IMG/VR virus record: IMGVR_UViG_3300037566_000018
Coordinates: 1 to 40,860 of that record
Length of the DNA stretch: 40,860 nucleotides
From: a virus
Taxonomy: Duplodnaviria > Caudoviricetes
Reading direction: 5' to 3' (one strand)
This document shows, piece by piece, positions 27,591 to 36,933 of the stretch. The position numbers and the translations under genes were made by a program. The number at the start of each line of letters is the position of its first letter. Positions within the stretch are counted from its first letter, which is position 1. The notes beneath the pieces were generated by a model. The model made no database searches. It was not told the origin of the DNA and saw only the letters and a list, made by a program, of their open reading frames with translations.

Positions 27591-28015
27591 TGCTACAGTA
27601 TTCAAACGAAGATATATTTAAAGCCTTGCGGACGCTACAAAATAAAAAGGTAAATGTAATTTTTGGTGAACCATTTTCTTATGATACATCTTTTGGAGCT
27701 TATGTTACTTACGCTTTTTATGGTATACCAGAAAACTGTACTATAGAAGCGATAGAGGATAAACTTTTTACTGAGGAAGATGTAGACAGAAAGTGTAGAG
27801 AATTTTCTTTAGAGTTATTAGATTATTGGGTGAAGTCTATTGAAGAAAATTCCACTTTGGTTTTACGTATGTTACCTGTATATTTAATAGAGAATGACGA
27901 ATTAACTGGTATTAGAAAAGTGGGGTTTAGGGTTAGGTTAATAGGTAATTGTAATCTACCTGAAAAAGCAGAGGGATGCGTAGCACCAGTGATTAGTTTA
28001 AAGGAGAATAAATAA
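27590..28015 (+). CDS. Hypothetical protein between groEL and groES-like
   Basis: Coupled to both neighbours by TAATG overlaps. Confidence 0.65.
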   Translation: MLQYSNEDIFKALRTLQNKKVNVIFGEPFSYDTSFGAYVTYAFYGIPENCTIEAIEDKLFTEEDVDRKCREFSLELLDYWVKSIEENSTLVLRMLPVYLIENDELTGIRKVGFRVRLIGNCNLPEKAEGCVAPVISLKENK

Positions 28016-28560
28016 TGACACATATACAAAAATTAGATGATTTAATGACTTTTGATAATGAAGAACTTAAACTACCTAAGAGCTTGCCAAATCTAAAGGG
28101 TTCATGGTATATTCTAGTATACCCAATTGCCCTTAAACCTACTATTAAGGATGCAAATACAGGTTTTACCCTTGAATTACCTGAAGATGTAGCAGAAACC
28201 CATGAAAATATGATTACCGCAGGGGTAGTAGTAAAATTAGGCGATTTAGCCTATAAGCATAATAAATTTAAAAATCCCGAAACAAATGAATTTATCCCTT
28301 GGTGTGAGGCAGGTGATTACGCAGTATTCTCTAGAGCTTCCTTTTCTCAGACGATTATTCATGGGGGTCGTAAATTCTATTTAATGCCAGATGAATCGTT
28401 ATTATATACAGTTGACGATATCCGAGATATTAATCCATACTATGATTATGATGAAAGTTTACTAGCTGATTTACAAAATCAGATTCAAGAAGTAAATGGT
28501 GGGCCAAAAGCCACTATAAATAGACGGAAAGAGGAAAGAGAGAATAATGCCCAAAGATAA
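28015..28560 (+). CDS. groES: GroES-like co-chaperonin
   Basis: ILVYP...LELP...GVVVKLGDLAY...PWC..GD..VF.R...YLM.DE.L matches phage GroES-like proteins. Confidence 0.75.
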   Translation: MTHIQKLDDLMTFDNEELKLPKSLPNLKGSWYILVYPIALKPTIKDANTGFTLELPEDVAETHENMITAGVVVKLGDLAYKHNKFKNPETNEFIPWCEAGDYAVFSRASFSQTIIHGGRKFYLMPDESLLYTVDDIRDINPYYDYDESLLADLQNQIQEVNGGPKATINRRKEERENNAQR

Positions 28561-29728
28561 AAAAGTAGAAGTAGAAGTTGTAGACGAAAGTTTAAATGAC
28601 TTCTTAGAAGACGATAACGATAATCCTTCTTCTAATAGAGTTAGTTTTCAACTAGACACTGATGGTACACCCATTGGTGAGATTGAGGATGTTGAAGTTG
28701 AACTCGAAGAAAACGAAGAAGATAAATATGTTGAAAAAGAAGAAGATTCTGAAGTAGATGAGCCCCAAGATTCTGGGGAAGATGAAGATACTGAGTCTGT
28801 TGACTCAGAAGAAGAAAGAAAGAAAGCAGAAGAAGCTGAGAAAGCAGAGAAGAAACGAAAATCTCGGGCAAAAGAACGTATTAAGCAGCAAAATGCTAAA
28901 ATTAAAGAACTTGAGAATTTTATTGCTACCCAAAATGCTGAGATGGAAGCTATTAAAGCTGAGTATGATGAAACTACTTCTACTTACGCCAAAGTAGAGT
29001 TAGAACGTTTAACAGCTGATGTTGCTCGGTTAGAAGCTGCTCTAAAGGCTGCGGCAGAAGATGGAGATGGAGAAAAGATTGCTTCTATCACTAAACAGCT
29101 TATTGAGTCTCAGAGTCATATTAGACACCTACAGAATGTTGCAGATACTCCAGAAAAACAAAAACCACAACCTCAAAAGACTCAATCTTCTAGTAATCAA
29201 GGTTTGAGTGAAGCTGCTGAAGAGTGGACAGAAGGAAAAGAGTTTCTTATCAATAATGATGAATATGCATCTTTGGATATTGAACAACGTAAAAAACTTT
29301 CTCCAGTAAGACAAGAGATGGCTAATATAGCCCGTCAATTACTTGCTGAAGGGTTTAGTAATGCTGACCCGGTTTTTTATGAAGAGATGGATATTAGGCT
29401 TTCAGGAAAATTTGATTTTTATGAAGCACTTGCATCAGATGGATTAGATGCGTTAAACTATACACATAGCGAGTCAGAAAACTCTGACAACGACGCGTCT
29501 GGTGAGACGGAAAAACCACGAACAACTAATAAATCTAAGAATGTTCCTGCAAAAGGACCTTCCCGTTCGTCCTCACCTAATTCAAATTCCCAAAATAAAG
29601 GCTCTAATAAAGTCGTAATTGATAAGGAAATGTATAGGTATTGGAAAAATCACCTAGAGCCTCATGGTATTACCTTACAAGATTATGCTCTAGAGATTAA
29701 AAAAGATAACCAACGGCAAAAGTTCTAA
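28547..29728 (+). CDS. Capsid scaffolding protein
   Basis: Acidic N-terminus, coiled coil with RIK, A..W...FY..MD.RL, C-terminal GIT..DYA; located before the capsid gene. Confidence 0.75.
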   Translation: MPKDKKVEVEVVDESLNDFLEDDNDNPSSNRVSFQLDTDGTPIGEIEDVEVELEENEEDKYVEKEEDSEVDEPQDSGEDEDTESVDSEEERKKAEEAEKAEKKRKSRAKERIKQQNAKIKELENFIATQNAEMEAIKAEYDETTSTYAKVELERLTADVARLEAALKAAAEDGDGEKIASITKQLIESQSHIRHLQNVADTPEKQKPQPQKTQSSSNQGLSEAAEEWTEGKEFLINNDEYASLDIEQRKKLSPVRQEMANIARQLLAEGFSNADPVFYEEMDIRLSGKFDFYEALASDGLDALNYTHSESENSDNDASGETEKPRTTNKSKNVPAKGPSRSSSPNSNSQNKGSNKVVIDKEMYRYWKNHLEPHGITLQDYALEIKKDNQRQKF

Positions 29729-29746
29729 AGAAAGGACATTTAAGAT

Positions 29747-30346
29747 ATGTTAGGAAAAAACGATAAAGAAAATAAAGACGCTAAATCAAATGAATCTAGT
29801 GAAGAAGAGGAAGTGGTTAGTCGTGCTCCAAGAGCATCTCGTGACCCTGCCCGTCGTACATACGATAGAGCTAGTTTCCGTAAACCGCACGATTTAAGTT
29901 TCCCTGAGGCCCTCATAAAATATATGGAAGAAGAAGGTTATTTCCTTCGTTGGGCCGCAATAGTAGATGCAAAAACAAAGCAGTTTACAAATGAAAAACT
30001 TAACCATTACTTGAGTCTTGGTGGCGAACTTGTAACGGCTAGAGAAATCAAGGAGAGTGCTCCCGAATTTTTATCCGGTCTTACAAAATATCGTTACGAA
30101 GAAGAATGGGCAGACTTAGAAGATGAACGAAATAGCGTCGAAGGGATTAGAAAAGAACATTTGGTTCTAATCAAACTCCCTATCGCATATCGCGACTTCC
30201 GTCAGGAAGAAAACCGCAGAACTGTGGAAGACCAATTAGCAGCCGCACAACAAGAATATAAAAAATCTAGTGACGACACTATTGTTAATAAATTTGACCA
30301 CGGTTCATCAAACTTAAAACTGAAAAAAGGCTTTTTTGAAGATTAA
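29747..30346 (+). CDS. Conserved head-module hypothetical protein
   Basis: GY..RW...LVLIKLP pattern; between scaffold and capsid. Confidence 0.65.
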   Translation: MLGKNDKENKDAKSNESSEEEEVVSRAPRASRDPARRTYDRASFRKPHDLSFPEALIKYMEEEGYFLRWAAIVDAKTKQFTNEKLNHYLSLGGELVTAREIKESAPEFLSGLTKYRYEEEWADLEDERNSVEGIRKEHLVLIKLPIAYRDFRQEENRRTVEDQLAAAQQEYKKSSDDTIVNKFDHGSSNLKLKKGFFED

Positions 30347-30411
30347 TAGGTGTTCCCTCCTTCTTTCAGTTTCACATAAATAATGGGGACAAACAGAGAG
30401 AAGGAGACCTA
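30317..30411 (+). promoter_or_regulatory. RNA hairpin/switch covering the RBS of 30416
   Basis: 30357-72 CTCCTTCTTTCAGTTT pairs with 30391-406 AAACAGAGAGAAGGAG (SD) or alternatively with 30317-30 AAACTGAAAAAAGG. Confidence 0.55.
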
Positions 30412-30415
30412 GCTT

Positions 30416-30961
30416 ATGGCTAATACAGGTTTTAATTCTACAGGTAAAAGTTCTAGTGGTATTACTGGTGCTGTTGGCCTAACTCGCGCAACCATTGATA
30501 ATGGTTATAACACCGCGATTGGTCATGGTGACCCGGTACATGTCCACACAGATGGTTACCTGATTCTTACCCCCGAGACAGTCCAAGCTACTCATATTCT
30601 CCGAGGTATTGAGTATATCGATGCTAATGGTGAATGGCGTATGCTTGACAACTTTCCTGCGGGTACTACAAACTCTGGTACGGTTGCTGGCTTCACTGAT
30701 GTTGTTGCCATTATCGAACCTGTAGCAGATAGATTGTTTAGAATCGATACAGATGATGCTGCTCTTGCTCAGACACACATTGGTCAACAGTTCCGCGTTA
30801 AAAACGCTGGTACAGTTACCCTTGGACGTTCTCAAGCAGTAGTTGATTTGGACGCTTCAGTAACTTCTGAAAATCGTCTTGTTGAGATTGTAGCAATTGA
30901 TGAAACTCAAGGAAATGACTTCGGCGATGACCCGGCAACGGTTCTCGTTAAGTTTGTTTAA
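30416..30961 (+). CDS. Capsid decoration/cement-like protein
   Basis: Beta-rich, I..GDPV motif, directly before the MCP. Confidence 0.6.
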   Translation: MANTGFNSTGKSSSGITGAVGLTRATIDNGYNTAIGHGDPVHVHTDGYLILTPETVQATHILRGIEYIDANGEWRMLDNFPAGTTNSGTVAGFTDVVAIIEPVADRLFRIDTDDAALAQTHIGQQFRVKNAGTVTLGRSQAVVDLDASVTSENRLVEIVAIDETQGNDFGDDPATVLVKFV

Positions 30962-30978
30962 TAGAAAGGTAAGATGAC

Positions 30979-31917
30979 ATGCCATTAAGTAGAGCAGATA
31001 TTGTTAAACGCCTTCGTCCCGGTCTTGCGGGATTGATGGGAAAAAACTACGCACGTTTTACCGAACAGTGTAAACAAGTTTTCGAAACTAAGAAGTCAGA
31101 TAAAGCCTATGAAGAAATGATTATGACTGTTGGAACGGGTCTTGCACCTGTGAAGCCAGAAGGTGACCAAATCTTCCTAGACACAATGAGTGACGGTTAT
31201 ACCGCTCGTGCAGAACACTCAGTTATTGGATTGGGTTTTGCGATTACTCGTGAAGCTATTGAAGATAACCTTTATGAGTCTAAGTCCGAGATGATGGGTC
31301 AGAATCTTTCACGTTCTATGGGCGAAACCAAAGAACTTCGTGGAGCTTCTATCTTTAACCTAGCTTTTGATTCAGGTGCACCAATTGGTGATGGCGAGCC
31401 TCTTTGTGATACAGCTCACCCATTGCAATTTGGTGGTACAGTTTCTAACTCTGTAAGTGCTGATATTTCTGATACGTCGTTGAAAAACGCTATCACGACT
31501 ATCCGTACAGACTTTGTTGATGACAGACAACTTAAAATTAAAGTTGCTCCTCAGAAACTTATTGTACACCCTGATGATGCTTTTGATGCCTTCGAAATCC
31601 TTAAATCTGACTTGAGCACTAGTATTGCTACTGGTACAAGTCCTGACTATGGTACTAACACAAACAATGTGAATAGCCTTAAGTCTCGTGGATTTTTCCA
31701 AGATTTTATGATTTACGATTACTTGACGGATTCTAATGCTTGGTTCATTATGACTGATGTAGACTACGGTCTTATTCATTGGCAGAGACGCCCATTAGAA
31801 ATCGACATGGAGTATACTGACCCGTACACTGGTAATATTATTACTACTGCTACTGAGCGTTATGCTTTCATGGTTGGTAACTGGCGTAAAGTTTACGGTT
31901 CAGCAGGTGGTTCATAA
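30979..31917 (+). CDS. Major capsid protein
   Basis: SRA...K.L.PGL..L.G, S.KAYEE, GFAIT.EAIEDNLY, GDG..L....HP, YLTD..AWF..TD, ERY.F...WR..YGS.G. Confidence 0.93.
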   Translation: MPLSRADIVKRLRPGLAGLMGKNYARFTEQCKQVFETKKSDKAYEEMIMTVGTGLAPVKPEGDQIFLDTMSDGYTARAEHSVIGLGFAITREAIEDNLYESKSEMMGQNLSRSMGETKELRGASIFNLAFDSGAPIGDGEPLCDTAHPLQFGGTVSNSVSADISDTSLKNAITTIRTDFVDDRQLKIKVAPQKLIVHPDDAFDAFEILKSDLSTSIATGTSPDYGTNTNNVNSLKSRGFFQDFMIYDYLTDSNAWFIMTDVDYGLIHWQRRPLEIDMEYTDPYTGNIITTATERYAFMVGNWRKVYGSAGGS

Positions 31918-31965
31918 GCCGCTTATGAATTATTAAAATTTTGGTTGTTCCTCACTAACCAATAA

Positions 31966-31993
31966 AGAAAAGGCCCTTTTGAGGGCCTTTTCT
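31966..31993 (+). terminator. Rho-independent terminator after MCP
   Basis: AGAAAAGGCCCT-TTTG-AGGGCCTTTTCT perfect hairpin. Confidence 0.85.
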
Positions 31994-32008
31994 GATTCTA
32001 TCGAAAGA

Positions 32009-32017
32009 TGCTATAAT
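32009..32017 (+). promoter_or_regulatory. Extended -10 promoter TGCTATAAT
   Basis: After the terminator and before the gene at 32053. Confidence 0.55.
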
Positions 32018-32052
32018 AGATAAGGTTAATTATTGAAAAGGAGAAAATAATT

Positions 32053-32379
32053 ATGGCGGGAATGAGACATGTCGTTCTATTAAATACGGATAGCGCTGGA
32101 AACGGAGATTGGATTCAATTAGAACCACAAAATGCTTCTGTTTATAGAACTATTCAAGTGAATATGAATGCTTCAGATACTATTACAATTCAAGGTACTA
32201 CTCTAGAGGCTGATGATGCCACTGCTTTAGCTGGTGTTATAGGGGCTTCCGATATAACCACTATAGAAACTTATACAGGAAATACTGATGAGAATGATGC
32301 TCTTATAGGAACATTTACTTTTATTAGGGCAGTTAAAACAGGTACTAATGGGGTAGCAAAAGTACAAGGGTTTATTTAA
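32053..32379 (+). CDS. Small beta-sandwich virion protein
   Basis: IQV...TITIQGT...FIRAV pattern; AAGGAG RBS. Confidence 0.6.
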   Translation: MAGMRHVVLLNTDSAGNGDWIQLEPQNASVYRTIQVNMNASDTITIQGTTLEADDATALAGVIGASDITTIETYTGNTDENDALIGTFTFIRAVKTGTNGVAKVQGFI

Positions 32380-32393
32380 AAAGGAGTTAAACA

Positions 32394-33617
32394 ATGACAA
32401 TTAGAAACTCCTTAATTAATTCTGTATTAGGTTCATCTCAAGAAACTATGTTTTCAGAATCTACTGTCGTAGCTCCTTCTGCTGATTGGGCTTCTTGGGA
32501 TGGTACCAATGATGGAAGTGTTACGCAACTCGCAACTGGTGGCGGTACAGGCGCGCAAGACATAGCTGCTGTTTCGGACACTGAGGCTGTAATGATTTAT
32601 CAGGACGCTGATAATAATGTTCAGGCCGTTGTCGTCGATATCGCAGACAAGGCATTTGACGCGATAGACACCAACACGCCAGTCCAGCTTACTCATGCCG
32701 ATGGTACAGGCTTTAATATCGTTAAATTAAGCGATACAAAATTCCTCTGTCTTTATGAAAGCACGACTTCCGGCTCGACCGGGGTAGTGGCCTTACTTAC
32801 CAAATCCGGCAAAACCCTGACAGAGACGGACGTAGAGACATCCCTTAACCTGACCACGCCTAATTTCCGCTGTGCTTTAACTGAGCTTAGCGGCACAAAA
32901 GCAGCTGCCGTGATGCGTGATGATGGCGATACATCAAACGGGCAGGTGTTTGTGATTGATACCAACGGCGATAATATTACGATTGGCACGAGAGTGGATA
33001 TTAACTCCACTCTGGACTACCCGGCTATCTGTAAGGCGAAGGCGGACGGTTCCGCTTTTTGGGTTGGTAATACCGATGTGGCGGCTGAGGATTCCGCTGT
33101 GAGGTACTTTAGCGTATCTGGCACAAACTGCACGGAAGAAGCCCGGATTGATGTCGATGCTGCCTCCAACCAGTATGACGATATGATGGCCGCTTACATT
33201 GCCGATGATGTTTGTGTAATGGCCTATGAAAACGCTGGCGGTTCCAGTGTTGATGCCAATGCTTATTCGTGGGATGGAGAGAATATCACAAGAGGCACGG
33301 CGGCAACGGCTATATTCGGCAGCAACGATATCTTTCAGGGAACAGGTACAGTCACGGAGCTTCCAAACAGGTGCGCTATGTTCGCTTCCCGTATGCAGGA
33401 TGAATCGCCTCAGGCCGGGGCAGCTGTTGTTGTGAGCGTCAGTGAGAGCTTAGTCTGCACGGCCTCAACGAAAGTAAACATCTTTCCCGGTATTCAGGCC
33501 GACCATAACGTGGTCGATGTTACCCCCTCAGGGCTTTACGTATTTGCCTGCTGCCAGGATGAAACCACGGTTCCAATTCAGCAAATTGGTACGAGAGTAT
33601 TAGATGGAACTGCGTAA
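32394..33617 (+). CDS. Beta-propeller-like virion/adhesin protein
   Basis: ~50-aa repeats (LS.TK...Y, SG..IT.GT); GC-richer codons than flanking genes. Confidence 0.6.
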   Translation: MTIRNSLINSVLGSSQETMFSESTVVAPSADWASWDGTNDGSVTQLATGGGTGAQDIAAVSDTEAVMIYQDADNNVQAVVVDIADKAFDAIDTNTPVQLTHADGTGFNIVKLSDTKFLCLYESTTSGSTGVVALLTKSGKTLTETDVETSLNLTTPNFRCALTELSGTKAAAVMRDDGDTSNGQVFVIDTNGDNITIGTRVDINSTLDYPAICKAKADGSAFWVGNTDVAAEDSAVRYFSVSGTNCTEEARIDVDAASNQYDDMMAAYIADDVCVMAYENAGGSSVDANAYSWDGENITRGTAATAIFGSNDIFQGTGTVTELPNRCAMFASRMQDESPQAGAAVVVSVSESLVCTASTKVNIFPGIQADHNVVDVTPSGLYVFACCQDETTVPIQQIGTRVLDGTA

Positions 33618-33629
33618 ATATTAAGAAAC

Positions 33630-33638
33630 TGGTATAAT
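33630..33638 (+). promoter_or_regulatory. Extended -10 promoter TGGTATAAT
   Basis: Intergenic, upstream of the adaptor gene. Confidence 0.55.
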
Positions 33639-33662
33639 AAATACGCAAAGGAGATATAAATA

Positions 33663-34346
33663 ATGGTAGAAGCCGTTTCAGCTACAACTGAGTTTAATTT
33701 ACCTGTTGATGAGATATTAGAAGAAGCTTTTGATATTTTGAAGGGTGAATATACGAACGGCTACGATATGCGTTCAGCAAGACGCTCACTGAATTTGTTA
33801 ATGATTGATTTGGCTAATCGTGAGTATCCTTTAGCCCATTTAGAGAAAAACTCAGTATCTTTAGTACAAGACCAAGCCGAATATACCCTAGATGCTGATA
33901 TCATTGGAATTTTAGATGTTAATTTTAAAACTAGTGATGGTACTGAAATTCAAATGTATCCCACCTCCCTTTTTGATTATTTCAATATACCAACTAAATC
34001 TACAGACGGCAAACCAAATACATATGCTTTTGATAGAACTGTAAGTCCATCTAAACTAATTGTTTGGCCTGTTCCTGATTCAGATGCAGCTTCCGGTACT
34101 ATTGAATATTGGGGTATGCGCCGCCATAAAGATGTTACAAAGTCATATCAATTAGTGGATATGAATTATCGTTATCTTCCCGCCCTATCAATGGGTTTAG
34201 CCTATTTTATGTCATTTAAAAAAGAGGGGATAGAGGCGGAAAAAGTAGCAGCAATTTTCCAAGAATACGAAGCTCGATTAGACCGGGCGTTTTTAGAGGA
34301 TAGAGAAAGAACGGATTTTTGGGTTTATCCCGATATCCCAAGATAA
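33663..34346 (+). CDS. Head-tail adaptor (P22 gp4/T7 gp11-like)
   Basis: EI.EEAF, GYD.RSARRSLNLL, G.P, WPVPD, LPAL..GLAY. Confidence 0.75.
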   Translation: MVEAVSATTEFNLPVDEILEEAFDILKGEYTNGYDMRSARRSLNLLMIDLANREYPLAHLEKNSVSLVQDQAEYTLDADIIGILDVNFKTSDGTEIQMYPTSLFDYFNIPTKSTDGKPNTYAFDRTVSPSKLIVWPVPDSDAASGTIEYWGMRRHKDVTKSYQLVDMNYRYLPALSMGLAYFMSFKKEGIEAEKVAAIFQEYEARLDRAFLEDRERTDFWVYPDIPR

Positions 34347-34348
34347 TA

Positions 34349-34702
34349 ATGAGACTTAAAAGTAGACGTAGACGATTAGGAAGACGGAAGTGGGCTAGTT
34401 CTAAAGGAGTTACTGGATTTAGTGACCGTTCTGGAATGCCCTATAAGTACTCACAAATGAAAATAGAGGAAGGAACTGGACATTGGATTCATAAATCAGA
34501 AGATGATGGGAAGTGGAATATAACTGAAGCTTATAAGGAGCCACAGGTGCCTGCTGAGCCACAAAAACTTCAACATGCTCGAAATGTTCCTTCTGGCGCT
34601 GTAAGTGAAGTTACAAGTCTTTATTTAGAAAATAATAGTACAACTTCTTCTACACCATTATTTATAGATAACTTAGGACAAAACAAATTGGAAGCTAATT
34701 AA
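34349..34702 (+). CDS. Conserved virion-module hypothetical protein
   Basis: SDRSG..Y...M..E..G motif; ATG 34349 preferred. Confidence 0.6.
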   Translation: MRLKSRRRRLGRRKWASSKGVTGFSDRSGMPYKYSQMKIEEGTGHWIHKSEDDGKWNITEAYKEPQVPAEPQKLQHARNVPSGAVSEVTSLYLENNSTTSSTPLFIDNLGQNKLEAN

Positions 34703-36406
34703 ATGACAAAACCAAATGACTTACCAACTTCAACTGTAGTAACCGGGGCTACTACCGTAATCGCTAATATTGCAGGTGCTCTTTATAATGTGGCTATTTC
34801 AGATATTATCGAAGATGCCTACGGTACCATTGCTACTCAAGATGCTGACGCAGTTTTAATTACAGGCGGTTCTATTACTGGAATTACTGATATTACTGTT
34901 GCCGATGGTGGTACAGGTGCCTCAACAGCAGCAGATGCAAGAACTAACTTAGGTTTGGTTATAGGTACTGATGTACAGGGTTGGTCCGCAGTTTTAGATG
35001 CTACTACAGCTAGTTTTACAACTGCTGATGAAACTAAATTAGATGGAATTGAGGATTTAGCTGATGTAACAGATACGGCAAATGTAACTGCTGCTGGTGC
35101 ATTAATGGATTCAGAAGTAACTTCTCTTTCTGGTATTAAAACTCTCAATGTTCCTGATTCGACAACTATCTCTGCTTTTGGAGCTACTTTAGTAGATGAT
35201 GCTACCGCAGGAGATGCACGTAGTACTTTAGGTCTTGTAATAGGTACCGATGTACAGGCGTGGGATGCTCAGTTAGATACTCTTTCTAGTTATACTGTTA
35301 TTGATGATGATACCCTTGCAACAGCTTCCGATACTTCTTTAGCAACAAGTGAATGTATTAAAGCCTACGTAGATAATAATATAAGTACTGTGGTTGACGA
35401 TGATAATTATGGCGATATTACTGTTTCAGGAACCGGAACAGTTTGGTCCATTAATGCCGACACTGTTACTTATGACAAAATGCAAGATACATCAGGAACC
35501 AATGTTTTGTTGGGTAGGGAAACAGCTGGTGCGGGTACGATAGAAGAGATTTCATGTACTGCGGCAGGTCGGGCTTTACTTGATGATGCAGATGCTTCTG
35601 CTCAAAGAACAACTTTAGGCCTAGGTTCCTTAGCTGAACAATCTACAGTTAATAATGCGGATTGGTCGGGTACTGATTTAGAAGTAGCCAATGGTGGTAC
35701 TGGAGTTTCAACTCTTACTGGAATTGTAAAGGGTAATGGTATATCTGCATTTTCTGCTGCTGTTGAAGGTACAGATTATTATGCTCCTAGTGGTACAGAC
35801 GTAGCGGTAACCGATGGGGGAACAGGGGCTTCTGATGCATCTGGAGCGAGAACTAACTTAGGTTTGGTTATAGGTACTGATGTACAGGCTTTTGATGCTA
35901 CTTTAACAGCATTAGCCGGTTTATCTACAGGCGCTAACAAGATTCCATATTCAACTGGAACAGATACTTTTTCTCAGTTAGATTTTGTTGATGAGGATGA
36001 TATGTCCTCGAACAGTGCTACAGCTATCCCATCACAACAATCTGTTAAGACTTATGTCGATGGCGCTGTACCTACAAGTGATGGTATAGCTAAAGCATGG
36101 GTTAATTTTGGTGGTAAAGGTACCGTTGCAATAAACGATGATTTCAATGTATCGAGTATTACAGATAGTGGTGCTGGTGAATGGGTGGTAAATCTTGGGG
36201 TAACTATGGCTAATGCTAACTACGCTGTAGCATTAGCAGGAACTCAGCCGGAAAGGGGGACTTCAAACGATGCTCTTGCTTTACTCGACCCTGCTGATGG
36301 GGGTGTTTATACAACAACAGCTTTCACTCTTTTATCACAGACAGGAAATGGGGCGAACTATGATATGGAAAGAGTTTGTGCAACAGTGTTTGGAGATTTA
36401 GCATAA
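34703..36406 (+). CDS. Tail fibre protein
   Basis: Repeated GGTGA.....ARTNLGL.IGTDVQ; C-terminal AKAWVNF...NVSSITD.G.G domain. Confidence 0.85.
   Translation: MTKPNDLPTSTVVTGATTVIANIAGALYNVAISDIIEDAYGTIATQDADAVLITGGSITGITDITVADGGTGASTAADARTNLGLVIGTDVQGWSAVLDATTASFTTADETKLDGIEDLADVTDTANVTAAGALMDSEVTSLSGIKTLNVPDSTTISAFGATLVDDATAGDARSTLGLVIGTDVQAWDAQLDTLSSYTVIDDDTLATASDTSLATSECIKAYVDNNISTVVDDDNYGDITVSGTGTVWSINADTVTYDKMQDTSGTNVLLGRETAGAGTIEEISCTAAGRALLDDADASAQRTTLGLGSLAEQSTVNNADWSGTDLEVANGGTGVSTLTGIVKGNGISAFSAAVEGTDYYAPSGTDVAVTDGGTGASDASGARTNLGLVIGTDVQAFDATLTALAGLSTGANKIPYSTGTDTFSQLDFVDEDDMSSNSATAIPSQQSVKTYVDGAVPTSDGIAKAWVNFGGKGTVAINDDFNVSSITDSGAGEWVVNLGVTMANANYAVALAGTQPERGTSNDALALLDPADGGVYTTTAFTLLSQTGNGANYDMERVCATVFGDLA
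34940..35888. repeat. 40-bp exact direct repeat in tail fibre gene (34940-34979; 35849-35888)
   Basis: AGAACTAACTTAGGTTTGGTTATAGGTACTGATGTACAGG twice; diverged third copy near 35225. Confidence 0.9.
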
Positions 36407-36930
36407 TGAAAGTTATTAAATATATTTTTGGGGATGGGCGTGTTCAGCTTGGTTTAATAAGCCGAAAAGATGGTGAATACGTTTCAATTATTAGAAAACT
36501 TATTGAACAGGGTGTGGCAGAAGAACAGGCCATATCTTTTGCAGCAAATACAGCTATTAAAAATTTAAAAGCTAAAAAAGGTTATGAGAATGCAGAAATT
36601 ACATGGAAATTGATTGACAGTTCTAATTTACCTGATGGAAAATCTGATGGAACTTTTGATAGCACTTTTCAAGAAGCCTTTATTGATAGAGATGGTAAAG
36701 TAGATATTGATATAAATAAGGCTCGTGATATTCATATGAATCGTATTCGCTTTTTTAGAGATATTAAGTTAAGAGAATTAGATATAGAAACTTTAAAAGG
36801 AAAAGATGTTCAGTTAGAAAAACAAAAATTGAGAGATATACCTCAAAAGTTTGATTTAAAAAAAGCTGAGACCGTAGAAGAATTAAAAAGACTGTGGCCA
36901 AAAGAACTAGAGAATGTGAAGGTTAGATAA
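36406..36930 (+). CDS. Tail fibre assembly chaperone-like protein
   Basis: KARDIH..RIR..R...L..LD, KQKLRDIP, ELK..WP; directly after the fibre gene. Confidence 0.7.
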   Translation: MKVIKYIFGDGRVQLGLISRKDGEYVSIIRKLIEQGVAEEQAISFAANTAIKNLKAKKGYENAEITWKLIDSSNLPDGKSDGTFDSTFQEAFIDRDGKVDIDINKARDIHMNRIRFFRDIKLRELDIETLKGKDVQLEKQKLRDIPQKFDLKKAETVEELKRLWPKELENVKVR

Positions 36931-36933
36931 TCA

